DNA of 64,000 nucleotides from an uncultured Eubacteriales bacterium (lineage in GTDB: Bacteria; Bacillota; Clostridia; Oscillospirales; CAG-382), in contig URCT01000001.1 of the NCBI GenBank assembly GCA_900546385.1, forward strand, positions 27,597 to 91,596, read 5' to 3'. The position numbers and the translations under genes were made by a program. The first letter of the stretch is position 1. Each line of letters starts with the position of its first letter. The notes under the pieces were generated by a model, which saw nothing but the letters and a program-made list of their open reading frames with translations, did not search any database and was not told where the DNA came from. Below, piece by piece: positions 34,325-43,479 of this stretch.

Positions 34325-35188
34325 ATGCCAGCAAAAGTCTATTTTACCAAAGAAATCTGTCCCGAAAACGTGATCAAGCTGTACCAAGCGGTCGGTAAAA
34401 CGCTTTCCGGCAAAACGGCCATTAAGCTGCACTCGGGCGAGGTGGGCAACCAAAATTTCTTAAAGCCGGATTTCTGGAAACCCATCATATCCCATGTCGG
34501 CGGCACGGTCTGCGAATGCAACACGGCGTATGAAGGTGCGCGCAACACCACCGAAAAGCATCGCATTACGCTGGAAAAGCACGGCTGGAGCACCAATTTT
34601 GACGTTGACCTTCTCGACGCGACAGGTCCGGATATGGTTCTCGAAATCCCGAACGGAAAAATCATAAGGAAGAATTATGTCGGCAAGGATTTGGCGAACT
34701 ACGATTCGCTGCTTGTGCTTTCGCATTTCAAAGGACATCCCATGGGTGGCTACGGCGGCGCACTCAAACAGCTTTCCATCGGCATTGCCTCGTCTTTCGG
34801 TAAGGCATATATCCACGGTGCAGGCGAGCCGGAAAAGCTTTGGACGGCCGACCACGACAGCTTTTTGGAGGCCATGGCGGACGCAGCTTCGTCGGTCGTG
34901 GACTATTTCGGCGGCAAAGCGGTGTATATAAACGTCATGAATAACATGTCGGTGGACTGCGACTGCTGTGCGGTGGCAGAGGATCCGTGCATGAAGGATA
35001 TCGGGATGCTTGCGTCGGAGGATCCGATCGCGATCGACCGCGCGTGCTTGGATTTGGTCTATGCGTCGGATGATCCCGGAAGAGACCATCTCATCGAGCG
35101 GATTGAATCGCGTAACGGAGCGCATACCATCGATGCTGCCGCTGCGCTCGGCTTTGGCGAAAAAGAGTATTCGCTTATCGAGCTGTAA
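34325..35188 (+). CDS. DUF362-family protein (function unknown).
   Basis: ORF track 34253..35188. ATG 34325 follows AAAGGAG. MPAKVYFTKEI...AIKLHSGEVGNQNFLKP...GGTVCECNTAY...HFKGHPMGGYGGALKQLSIG...DCDCC is the pattern I associate with DUF362. Confidence 0.6.
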   Translation: MPAKVYFTKEICPENVIKLYQAVGKTLSGKTAIKLHSGEVGNQNFLKPDFWKPIISHVGGTVCECNTAYEGARNTTEKHRITLEKHGWSTNFDVDLLDATGPDMVLEIPNGKIIRKNYVGKDLANYDSLLVLSHFKGHPMGGYGGALKQLSIGIASSFGKAYIHGAGEPEKLWTADHDSFLEAMADAASSVVDYFGGKAVYINVMNNMSVDCDCCAVAEDPCMKDIGMLASEDPIAIDRACLDLVYASDDPGRDHLIERIESRNGAHTIDAAAALGFGEKEYSLIEL

Positions 35189-35207
35189 ACGGAAACACCA
35201 AATTTTT

Positions 35208-35240
35208 CGGGAGCCGTGCGCCGCACGGCTCCCGTTTTGC
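35208..35240. terminator. Bidirectional terminator between the DUF362 gene and the small Cys protein gene.
   Basis: CGGGAGCCGTGCG-c-CGCACGGCTCCCG followed by TTTTGCGG. An A/T-rich run precedes it (AAATTTTT). Confidence 0.8.
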
Positions 35241-35255
35241 GGGAAAAGCTGATTT

Positions 35256-35459
35256 TTACATTTGTTTTTTGACGACGCTGTATTCGTCGTACTGCCTGAA
35301 ATACGGGCAATTCTGGAATTTTCCCTTCATAAAATACAGCATTTCGTCCTCATCGAGCGCCATGTGGCAGACGGCAAGACCGGTGTCCTCGTCCTCGTGG
35401 AAATAAAGGCAAAAATCACAATTGGTTGCTTTCGGCTGCTTATTTTGTTCTTTACGCAT
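35256..35459 (-). CDS. Small acidic CxxC...C...C protein (67 aa), conserved-hypothetical type.
   Basis: ORF track 35256..35489. ATG 35459 follows AGGAG by 7 nt. Sequence: MRKEQNKQPKATNCDFCLYFHEDEDTGLAVCHMALDEDEMLYFMKGKFQNCPYFRQYDEYSVVKKQM. It resembles a small Clostridia-restricted family. The family identity needs an HMM check. Confidence 0.55.
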   Translation of the reverse strand: MRKEQNKQPKATNCDFCLYFHEDEDTGLAVCHMALDEDEMLYFMKGKFQNCPYFRQYDEYSVVKKQM

Positions 35460-35485
35460 GGTAATGCTCCTTTCTTTTTGTTGCT

Positions 35486-36658
35486 TCAAACATAACTGCG
35501 GTCAACTGTGATGATGGCGAAATAGCGTGTGTTTTGCAAAGAGCTCAAATAATCCCGAAGGGATTTTTTTATTTCAGTGTCGCTTAACTTGCTGTCATAT
35601 GGCACGACGATATCAAATATCACATTGGTGTGCGTGCGTCCCTTGACCAGCCGGAAATCGTGCAAGGTCATTTCTCGTGAAAGAGTTTTATGTGTAAATT
35701 CGGTTAACTGCCGCTTAAGCTCCTCGGCTTCCTCGTCACCGACCGAAACGGGATCCATGTGGATAACGGCACTGCAGCCCATTTTTTCGGCGATATACCG
35801 TTCGATGTTATCGATCACGTCGTGCGTTTGGCAGAAATCCGCGTGTTCGTCCACTTCGGCGTGAAGCGAGACCATCACGCGGCCCGGCCCGTAATCGTGG
35901 ACGACCAAATCATGAATGCCTTTTACCTCGGGATGAGACATAACAATGCTTTTGATCTCATTGACAAATTCTTCCTTCGGCGGCTGGCCGAGCAAGGGAC
36001 CGATGGTATCGCGTGCGGCGTTGAAGCCGGTATACAAAATGAACAGAGCCACGACAAGACCGCAATATCCGTCGAGATTGAGCTTGGAAAACGAGCTGAA
36101 CAACGTGACGAGAAACACCGCGCTGGTCGAGACAACGTCGGAACGGCTGTCGGCGGCGGTGGCTTTCATGGAGACTGAATCGATTTTATTGCCGATCGCG
36201 CGGTTGTAAAAGCTCATATAGAGCTTGACGGCGATCGATACGGCGAGCGCGATAAAGGTGAGAAGGTTTGCGTCCACCGGTTCGGGATGCAGAATCTTTT
36301 CGAAGGAGCTTTTGGCAAGCTCAAGACCCATGAGCATAATGACAAGCGATACGATGAGTCCCGAAATGTATTCAAACCGTCCGTGCCCGAACGGATGCTC
36401 CTTATCCGGCTTTTCGGCGGCAAGCTTAAAACCGATGAGCGTGATGACCGAGCTTCCGGCGTCCGAAAGGTTGTTGAAGGCATCGGCCGTCACGGCGACC
36501 GAGCCGGAAAGAATACCGGCGGCAAGCTTAAAGGCAAACAACAGAACGTTGAGGAAAATACCGACAAGCCCGCATAAAATGCCGTAAGCGGTGCGCACGG
36601 ATGGCGTGTGGTAATCGCGGTAATTCTTGATAAAGAGACGGCTGAGCAGTGTTATCAT
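35486..36658 (-). CDS. Cation diffusion facilitator (CDF) family divalent-metal efflux transporter.
   Basis: ORF track, 390 aa. Six TM segments with AVTADAFNNLSDAGSS (TM2 metal site) and HPFGHGRFEY, plus a C-terminal cytoplasmic alpha/beta domain. Confidence 0.88.
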   Translation of the reverse strand: MITLLSRLFIKNYRDYHTPSVRTAYGILCGLVGIFLNVLLFAFKLAAGILSGSVAVTADAFNNLSDAGSSVITLIGFKLAAEKPDKEHPFGHGRFEYISGLIVSLVIMLMGLELAKSSFEKILHPEPVDANLLTFIALAVSIAVKLYMSFYNRAIGNKIDSVSMKATAADSRSDVVSTSAVFLVTLFSSFSKLNLDGYCGLVVALFILYTGFNAARDTIGPLLGQPPKEEFVNEIKSIVMSHPEVKGIHDLVVHDYGPGRVMVSLHAEVDEHADFCQTHDVIDNIERYIAEKMGCSAVIHMDPVSVGDEEAEELKRQLTEFTHKTLSREMTLHDFRLVKGRTHTNVIFDIVVPYDSKLSDTEIKKSLRDYLSSLQNTRYFAIITVDRSYV

Positions 36659-36717
36659 ATAATTCTTCCAAACGTATGCCGTGAGGGAATAACGAAAACG
36701 TTGTTCCGGACAAGCAC

Positions 36718-38040
36718 TTATTTTGCAGCGTATTGCGGCATTTCGGCTTCTTGCTCCGTTTTGGCGTTGGAGAGCATAAGCTTGATGCGGTTTTCTTGGT
36801 TGATTTTAGTCGCACCGGCGTCATAATCGACAGCGACGATGTTGGCATTCGGATATTTTTCCTTTAACGGCTTCATCATGCCTTTGCCGACAATGTGATT
36901 GGGCAGGCAGCCGAAGGGTTGGGCACACACGATGTTGTTGACGCCCTCTTCGATAAGCTCAGCCATTTCGGCGGTCAGCAGCCATCCTTCGCCCATTTTG
37001 GCACCGTGGCTGATAAGCCCGTTGGCGAGCTTTATGACATGGCCGAAGGGCGTGGGCGGATCAAACACGCCCTGCGCGTTGATCAAATCGATGATATCCT
37101 TTTGCTTTTTCTCGAAGTATTTGAGTGCCAGGCCAAACACAAGGCCTTTGCCTTTTTTCATTCCCAAAAGCTTTGCATCGGTAACCGAATTGTAGCAGGT
37201 GAACATACAGAAATCGATGAGTCCCGGCATGACCACTTCGGCGTTTTCGGAAAGAAGAAATTTCTCAAGCTCGTTGTTGCCGAGCGGTGAAAACTTGACG
37301 AAGATTTCACCGACAATGCCCACGCGCACCTTTTTTTCGGCAGAGCGCGGAATGGCGGCAAAATCGGCTAAAATATCCTTATAATACTGCTTGATAACGG
37401 CGTATTTGAATTTGCCGGTCTTTGCCATGCCTTCGGTTAACGTGTCCACCCATTTCCGGCAGACGCGTTCGGTGTCGCCTTGGTTTAATTCATACGGCAG
37501 GCACTGGTTTTTGATGAGCATCAGTAAATCGCCCAAAATGGCGGCATACACAAGACGGATGGCAATCGGCGCGGTGACCTTGAAGGCACTGTCCTTTTCA
37601 AGACCGGCAAAGTTCAAGGAAATGACCGGAATGTGACCGTAGCCGGCCTTTTTCAAGGCCTTGCGCAACAGAAATATGTAGTTGGAGGCACGACAGCCGC
37701 CGCCGGTTTGGGTGATGAGCAGTGCAAGCTTATTGGTGTCATACTTGCCGCTTTCGATGGCGGACAGCATCTGCCCGATGACGAGAAGCGCCGGGTAGCA
37801 GGTGTCGTTGTGCACGTATTTTAAGCCGTATTCGATGACACTGGAATCGTAGTTTTCCAACAGAATGGCGTTGTAGCCGTAGGAACGCAAGATGCCGGTC
37901 ATGATTTTGAAGTGATCCGGCAGCATGGTCGGCACAAGAATCGTATAATCGAGCATACTCTTGTCGAACACTACGTGGTCGGCGGAATGCACGTCGCACG
38001 AAGCACAGGTTTCGTTTATATTCTGTTTGTTTTCGCTCAT
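36718..38040 (-). CDS. 2-hydroxyacyl-CoA-dehydratase (HGD-D)-like protein, partner of the upstream activase.
   Basis: ORF track, 440 aa. Its ATG overlaps the activase stop (ATGA at 38037-38040). Conserved Cys-containing segments (HNDTCYPAL, GGGCRASNY, QPFGCLPNH) are of the type seen in the C-terminal part of fused CoA-enzyme activase proteins. Confidence 0.6.
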   Translation of the reverse strand: MSENKQNINETCASCDVHSADHVVFDKSMLDYTILVPTMLPDHFKIMTGILRSYGYNAILLENYDSSVIEYGLKYVHNDTCYPALLVIGQMLSAIESGKYDTNKLALLITQTGGGCRASNYIFLLRKALKKAGYGHIPVISLNFAGLEKDSAFKVTAPIAIRLVYAAILGDLLMLIKNQCLPYELNQGDTERVCRKWVDTLTEGMAKTGKFKYAVIKQYYKDILADFAAIPRSAEKKVRVGIVGEIFVKFSPLGNNELEKFLLSENAEVVMPGLIDFCMFTCYNSVTDAKLLGMKKGKGLVFGLALKYFEKKQKDIIDLINAQGVFDPPTPFGHVIKLANGLISHGAKMGEGWLLTAEMAELIEEGVNNIVCAQPFGCLPNHIVGKGMMKPLKEKYPNANIVAVDYDAGATKINQENRIKLMLSNAKTEQEAEMPQYAAK

Positions 38041-41021
38041 TTTCCGGCACTCCTTTCCTCGATAGCGCCGATCAGGCTGCGAAGACGGATCTTCACGGCA
38101 CCCAAATTGGTGATTTCATCGATTTTGATTTGTGTATACAACTTTCCGTCGCGTTCGAGAATGTCCTTGACCTCGTCGGTGGTGATGGCGTCAAGACCAC
38201 AGCCGAACGAAACCAGCTGCACAAGCTCGACATCGTCGTTTTCCACGGCAAATTCCGCGGCGTTGTATAAGCGGGAATGATACGTCCATTGGTTGAGCAC
38301 GCCGACCTTGGGGCGCTTGTTTGCCATATGCCAGACGCTGTCCTCGCTGACGACCGTAAAGCCGAGCGAACGGCACAGCTTGTCGATGCCGTGTCCGATC
38401 TCCGGGTCGGTGTGATAGGGACGTCCGGCAAGGATCAGAATGCGCTTGCCGTGTTCTCTTGCATACGCGACGGCGCGTTCGCCCTCGGCGCGCACGGCGG
38501 CCATGTAGGCATCATACGCCGCAAAGCCGTGCGCAACGGCCGCTTTGACCTCGTGCTTTTTCACGTCGTATCCGAACGAATGCAAGTACCGGTGCAGTTC
38601 CTTGACAAGCTCGGCGCGGTCGGTGATGTTTAAGTACGGATATAAGAAACGGACTTTGGACAAATCCTCCACATTGCCGTGCAGCAATTCGGAATAATAG
38701 GCGACCACCGGGCAGTTGTAGTGGTTGTCCGAAACGTTTTCATCCACGTTGTAGCTGATACACGGATAGAAGATGGCGTCCACGCCCTCTTCAATGAGCG
38801 TTTCGACGTGGCCGTGCATGAGCTTTGCCGGATAGCAGGCCGTGTCGGACGGAATGCTCTGCTGTCCCTTGAAATAGGTGTCGCGGCCGGACATGGGCGA
38901 TACCTTGACGGTAAAGCCGAGTTCCTTGAAAATGCCGTGCCATAACGGCAGCAGCTCGTACATACCGAGTGCCAGTGGAAGGCCTACCGTGCCGCGGTTT
39001 TTCTTTTCGGGCGCCGCAGACGTGTCAGCGGCGATTTTTTCGATAAGCGTTCTCTTGAATTCGTGCAGATTGGGCGTTTCGTCGGCTTTTTCGCTAAGAC
39101 CGGCGCCCTTTTCGCATTTGTTGCCGGAAACGTATTTCACGCCGCCTGGGAAAATGTTGACGGTCAGCCGACAGTTGTTGGTGCAGCCGTGGCAGACGGC
39201 GTTGGTGGTCTTGTGTGTAAAGCCCTTTAATGCTTCGGGCGAAAGAATGGTCGAGCCTTCGGTTTTTTCGAGCGCCTTGGCATACAGCGACGCACCGAAC
39301 GCTCCCATCAGTCCCGATATTTCCGGGCGGATGACGTTGTGTCCGATTTCGCGTTCGAAGCTGCGAAGCACGGCGTTGTTTAAGAACGTACCGCCTTGGA
39401 CGACGATGTTTTCGCCAAGCTCGGCGGCGCTGCTTGCGCGGATGACCTTATAAATGGCGTTGCGCACAACGCTGAGCGAAAGACCGGCGGAAATGTCACA
39501 GACACCGGCACCGTCCTTTTGTGCCTGCTTGACCGAGGAATTCATAAATACCGTACAGCGTGTGCCGAGCGAAACGGGATGCTTGGCAAGAAGGCCGAGC
39601 TTGCTGAATTCGGCCACGTCATAGCCCATGGATTTGGCGAAGGTCTCGATGAACGACCCACAGCCCGAAGAGCAGGCTTCGTTGAGCATAATGCTGTCGA
39701 TCGCGCCATTCCGAACCTTGAAGCACTTGATGTCCTGACCGCCGATATCGAGGATGAAATCGACCTTCGGGTTGAAGAATTTGGCGGCTTTTAAGTGTGC
39801 AAGCGTCTCGACAATGCCGATATCCACACCGAAGGCGTGCTTAATCAGTTCTTCGCCGTAGCCGGTGACGGCACTCGACGCGATTTGGATGCGGTTGCCG
39901 CACAATTCGTAGATTTTGGTTAACTGCTCGCGCACGATTTCCACGGGATTGCCTTTGTTGGAATCGTAGTAGCTGTATAAAAGGCCGTCGTTTTCGTCGG
40001 TCAAGGTGAGCTTTGTGGTGGTACTGCCGCAGTCGATGCCAAGATAGGCTTTGCCGGTATAAGAAGCGATGTCCGTGCGCTTGACGTCGGCGCGCGTGTG
40101 GCGTGCAAGAAAGGCGTCAAGCTCGTCGTTGTCGGCAAAAAGCGGCGGTTCGGTCGAGACTTTGCCGGTCGAATGCGTGGCTTTTAACAGCTTGCAGAAT
40201 TCGTCAAACGTGTAGGTTTCCTTTTGATGGGAGGCATACAGCGCGGCACCGTAGGAGACCGAAAAACGCGCATAGTCCGGGAAAACGGCGTGTTTGTCAT
40301 CAAGCTTGAGCGTTTCGGTAAAGCGGCGGCGAAGTCCCATGCAAAAGCTGAGCGGACCGCCCAAAAACATGACCTTGCCGGCGATTTTGCGGCCTTGCGC
40401 AAGACCGGCAATGGTTTGATTGACCACGGCTTGGTAGATGCTTGCCGCAATGTCCTCTTTGCGCGCGCCTTGGTTGAGAAGCGGTTGGATATCGGTTTTG
40501 GCGAACACGCCGCAGCGCGACGCGATCGGATAAATGCGCTCGCTCTTTAACGAGAGCGCGTCAAGCTCATCCGGCGTTACATCGAGAAGCGATGCCATCT
40601 GGTCGATAAACGCGCCCGTACCGCCGGCACACGAACCGTTCATGCGTTCGTCCAGTCCGCCGGCAAAGAAGATAATCTTCGCGTCCTCGCCGCCAAGCTC
40701 AATGACAACATCCGTGTCCGGCTCATAGAGCTTTACGGTTTCGGCTGTGGCGAAGACCTCTTGTACAAACGGGATACCGGCGGCATTTGCAATGCCGAGT
40801 CCTGCCGAGCCGCTGAGTGCGCAGTGAAAGGAACGCGAACCGATGAAAGGGTAGGCGTTTTCAAAAAGCTCCAATATTTTTTCACGCACCTGGGAAAAGT
40901 GGCGTTCGTATTTTTCATGTAAAATTTTACCGTTGTCCGTTACCACGATTTTGGCGGTGGTCGAGCCGACATCAATGCCGATGTTCAGCTCAGAGGCTCC
41001 GGTCATAACTTGCTGTGTCAT
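38037..41021 (-). CDS. CoA-substrate-specific enzyme activase-family protein: two BcrAD/BadFG (ASKHA) ATPase domains plus a DUF2229-like C-terminal region.
   Basis: ORF track, 994 aa. Duplicated phosphate-1 motifs IGIDVGSTTAKIVV and LGIDCGSTTTKLTL. The cluster-ligand-type Cys contexts include NEACSSGCGSF. The C-terminal approximately 400 aa resemble the uncharacterised activase-associated domain. Confidence 0.8.
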   Translation of the reverse strand: MTQQVMTGASELNIGIDVGSTTAKIVVTDNGKILHEKYERHFSQVREKILELFENAYPFIGSRSFHCALSGSAGLGIANAAGIPFVQEVFATAETVKLYEPDTDVVIELGGEDAKIIFFAGGLDERMNGSCAGGTGAFIDQMASLLDVTPDELDALSLKSERIYPIASRCGVFAKTDIQPLLNQGARKEDIAASIYQAVVNQTIAGLAQGRKIAGKVMFLGGPLSFCMGLRRRFTETLKLDDKHAVFPDYARFSVSYGAALYASHQKETYTFDEFCKLLKATHSTGKVSTEPPLFADNDELDAFLARHTRADVKRTDIASYTGKAYLGIDCGSTTTKLTLTDENDGLLYSYYDSNKGNPVEIVREQLTKIYELCGNRIQIASSAVTGYGEELIKHAFGVDIGIVETLAHLKAAKFFNPKVDFILDIGGQDIKCFKVRNGAIDSIMLNEACSSGCGSFIETFAKSMGYDVAEFSKLGLLAKHPVSLGTRCTVFMNSSVKQAQKDGAGVCDISAGLSLSVVRNAIYKVIRASSAAELGENIVVQGGTFLNNAVLRSFEREIGHNVIRPEISGLMGAFGASLYAKALEKTEGSTILSPEALKGFTHKTTNAVCHGCTNNCRLTVNIFPGGVKYVSGNKCEKGAGLSEKADETPNLHEFKRTLIEKIAADTSAAPEKKNRGTVGLPLALGMYELLPLWHGIFKELGFTVKVSPMSGRDTYFKGQQSIPSDTACYPAKLMHGHVETLIEEGVDAIFYPCISYNVDENVSDNHYNCPVVAYYSELLHGNVEDLSKVRFLYPYLNITDRAELVKELHRYLHSFGYDVKKHEVKAAVAHGFAAYDAYMAAVRAEGERAVAYAREHGKRILILAGRPYHTDPEIGHGIDKLCRSLGFTVVSEDSVWHMANKRPKVGVLNQWTYHSRLYNAAEFAVENDDVELVQLVSFGCGLDAITTDEVKDILERDGKLYTQIKIDEITNLGAVKIRLRSLIGAIEERSAGK

Positions 41022-41054
41022 AGGTTCACTTCTTTACAAACGGAAATATAAATA

Positions 41055-41083
41055 TACATTGTTTATTATAAAACAACCGTTTC
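41055..41083 (-). promoter_or_regulatory. Sigma-A-type promoter for the activase operon.
   Basis: Minus strand reads TTGCAA-tatggaaacggttgttt(17)-TATAAT, about 34 nt upstream of ATG 41021. Confidence 0.6.
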
Positions 41084-41300
41084 CATATTGCAAGAGGTGT
41101 GCGCTAATGAAATGTAAATATTTCTCGCATAGGAAGGGAAAAATGCCCTGTATCCGGCGGCATTATATAAATAGGTAAACGAATTTTGGTATTTTTGCCG
41201 GAAACAGGAACTTAGCGGACAAGACGGCAATCGTTTGACGAAAAGCCGAAAACGGGAAATTAACTGTAAAAAGCCTCGTTTATGAATCAAAAATGAATAC

Positions 41301-41335
41301 AAAAAACCGTTCGGTACAGATTCTGCACCGAACGG
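41301..41335 (-). terminator. Intrinsic terminator after the BMP-type ABC operon.
   Basis: Minus strand: CCGTTCGGT-gcagaatctgt-ACCGAACGG followed by TTTTTT. It starts 15 nt after the stop at 41350. Confidence 0.85.
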
Positions 41336-41349
41336 GAAAAGGTATTTTG

Positions 41350-42333
41350 TTATCGCTCTTCGCGGAAATAGGCAAGACCCAAGCTTGCCGGCGGTTGGCT
41401 TTCACGCTTCTTGCGCAAGCTGGACACGATCAAAACGATGAGCGTCACCACGTAGGGCAGCATTTTGAAAAGCTCCATCGACGAACGTGTCAGTCCCGGG
41501 ATGTATAAATACATCCAATATAAGATACCGAACAAATACGCGCCCCAGATGGCTTTTACCGGCTTCCAGGTTGCAAAGATAACAAGCGCGACCGCCAGCC
41601 AGCCGAGCGACTCTAACTTTCCGTCGTTTGCCCATGTGCCTTTGATGTAGTCCATGACGTAATATAAGCCGCCGAGTCCCGAAATACCGGCACCGATGCA
41701 GGTGGCGAGATATTTGTAAAGCGTTACGCTGATACCGGCCGCATCCGCCGTTGCCGGGCTTTCGCCGACCGCGCGAAGCGCAAGACCCGAACGCGTGCGG
41801 TTAAAGTAATACTGTAAGGCAATGGCGATAAGGATTGCAAGATACACCAAAAAGCCGTAGGAGAAGAAAATCTTTCCGAAAACGCCGGTGCTTGTGGCAA
41901 ACGGAAGCGTTGTGCGGTAAGCGGTGCTTGTCGTTGCCACCGAAATCTGGCCGACGCCGCCGGCAAGCTTGTTTAAGTAGCCGCCGTAGAAGTTGGCAAT
42001 GCCCGAACCGAAAATGGTGAGCGTGAGACCCGTGACGTTTTGATTGGCACGTAAGGTGATGGTGAGAAAGCTGTAGAGCAGACCGCCAAGAGCGGATGCC
42101 GCAAATGCACAAACAAACGAAAGCAAGAGAGAGATGAAACCGTTCGGGTTCGGCACGCTCTTTTCGTAATAAAACGCACCGATCAGGCCGAAAATGCCGC
42201 CTAAATACATGATACCCGGCACGCCGAGGTTTAAGTTTCCGGCTTTTTCCGTGATGATCTCACCGATACAGCCGAACATGATGACCGTGCCGAAGATCAC
42301 GGCTTGCTGAATAAGAGTGATTAACTGTGTCAT
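41350..42333 (-). CDS. ABC transporter permease (BMP/nucleoside-type, second permease).
   Basis: ORF track, 327 aa. It is polytopic and last in the four-gene BMP operon. Confidence 0.85.
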   Translation of the reverse strand: MTQLITLIQQAVIFGTVIMFGCIGEIITEKAGNLNLGVPGIMYLGGIFGLIGAFYYEKSVPNPNGFISLLLSFVCAFAASALGGLLYSFLTITLRANQNVTGLTLTIFGSGIANFYGGYLNKLAGGVGQISVATTSTAYRTTLPFATSTGVFGKIFFSYGFLVYLAILIAIALQYYFNRTRSGLALRAVGESPATADAAGISVTLYKYLATCIGAGISGLGGLYYVMDYIKGTWANDGKLESLGWLAVALVIFATWKPVKAIWGAYLFGILYWMYLYIPGLTRSSMELFKMLPYVVTLIVLIVSSLRKKRESQPPASLGLAYFREER

Positions 42334-42357
42334 TCTTTGTAAGCTCCTTTCCGTGTG

Positions 42358-43479
42358 TTAACCGTTGGTTTTCGTGCTTCCGCGGAAAATCAGGCGGTAG
42401 TTGACGAAAAATTCGCTTCCCAAGATGAAAAAGAGGATGATGCCCTTGATGATCTCGGCGACATAGTCGTTGATGCCCAACTTGGAATAGTCGGAAACGA
42501 TCTGTCCGGCACCTTGATTCAAAAAGACAATGAGCGATGTGATGATGACCATGGTGATCGTGTTGAATTTGGCAAGCCATGCAATGATAATGGCGGTGAA
42601 GCCGCGGCCGCCGGCCGTGTTGGTGGAAATGGTGTGGTCAACGCCGGCAACGCCGATGAAACCGGCAATGCCGCAGACAGCGCCCGAAATGAGCATGGTG
42701 CGTAAGATGACGTGGCGAACGTTGATGCCGGCATAGCGTGCCGTGTTTTCCGATTCACCCACGACGGCAATCTCATAGCCCTGCTTGCTGTATTTTAAGT
42801 AGAGGAAGACAAGCACCGTGAGTGCCAAAACGATTAAGACGTTCCACGTGTACTGCTGGCCGAACAGCTTCGGAAACCAACCGGCCTTGGTCTGCGGATT
42901 GATGATGCCGACCTTGTTGGAGCCGTAAGGATTTTCCCATAAAGCCACACAATACGAGGTGATCTGAATGGCGATGTAGTTCATCATCAGCGTAAACAGC
43001 GTCTCGTTGGTGCCCCATTTTGCCTTGAATAAGGCCGGAATGAAGCCCCATAAGGCTCCGGCGGCGACGCTTGCAAGAACCATGACAAGAAAGAGAACCG
43101 GCGTCGGCAGCTTTCCGCCGAGATAGATCATGCAGGCAGCCGTTGCAATGCCTCCGGCAAGTACCTGACCCTCCGCGCCGATGTTCCAAAAGCGCATTTT
43201 GAAGGCCGGTGCAAGAGCGACCGAAATGCATAACAGCATACAGCCCTCACGGATGAAATTCCAAATGCGGCGCGTCGAACCGAACGCACCCTTGAACATG
43301 GAGACGTATACTTGAAGGGGATTCATTTTGGTAATCGTATAAATGAGCAGTGCGTTAATGACGAGAGCCAACAGCACGGCGACCACGCGAATACACCAGG
43401 CGCGCACCGCACCGATGGAGCTGCGCTTTGCCAGACGGACAAAAGGCGTTCTTACCGAATTGTGTTTTGCATTAGTCAT
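42358..43479 (-). CDS. ABC transporter permease (BMP/nucleoside-type, first permease).
   Basis: ORF track, 373 aa. It is polytopic and its start overlaps the ATPase gene end by 8 nt. Confidence 0.85.
   Translation of the reverse strand: MTNAKHNSVRTPFVRLAKRSSIGAVRAWCIRVVAVLLALVINALLIYTITKMNPLQVYVSMFKGAFGSTRRIWNFIREGCMLLCISVALAPAFKMRFWNIGAEGQVLAGGIATAACMIYLGGKLPTPVLFLVMVLASVAAGALWGFIPALFKAKWGTNETLFTLMMNYIAIQITSYCVALWENPYGSNKVGIINPQTKAGWFPKLFGQQYTWNVLIVLALTVLVFLYLKYSKQGYEIAVVGESENTARYAGINVRHVILRTMLISGAVCGIAGFIGVAGVDHTISTNTAGGRGFTAIIIAWLAKFNTITMVIITSLIVFLNQGAGQIVSDYSKLGINDYVAEIIKGIILFFILGSEFFVNYRLIFRGSTKTNG

Noticed and set aside
41066-41302. A 78-aa minus-strand ORF and an 81-aa plus-strand ORF (40933..41178) in the long intergenic region.
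   Set aside because: There is no RBS and the sequence is low-complexity and hydrophobic-poor. They overlap the activase promoter and the BMP terminator. They are most likely non-coding.
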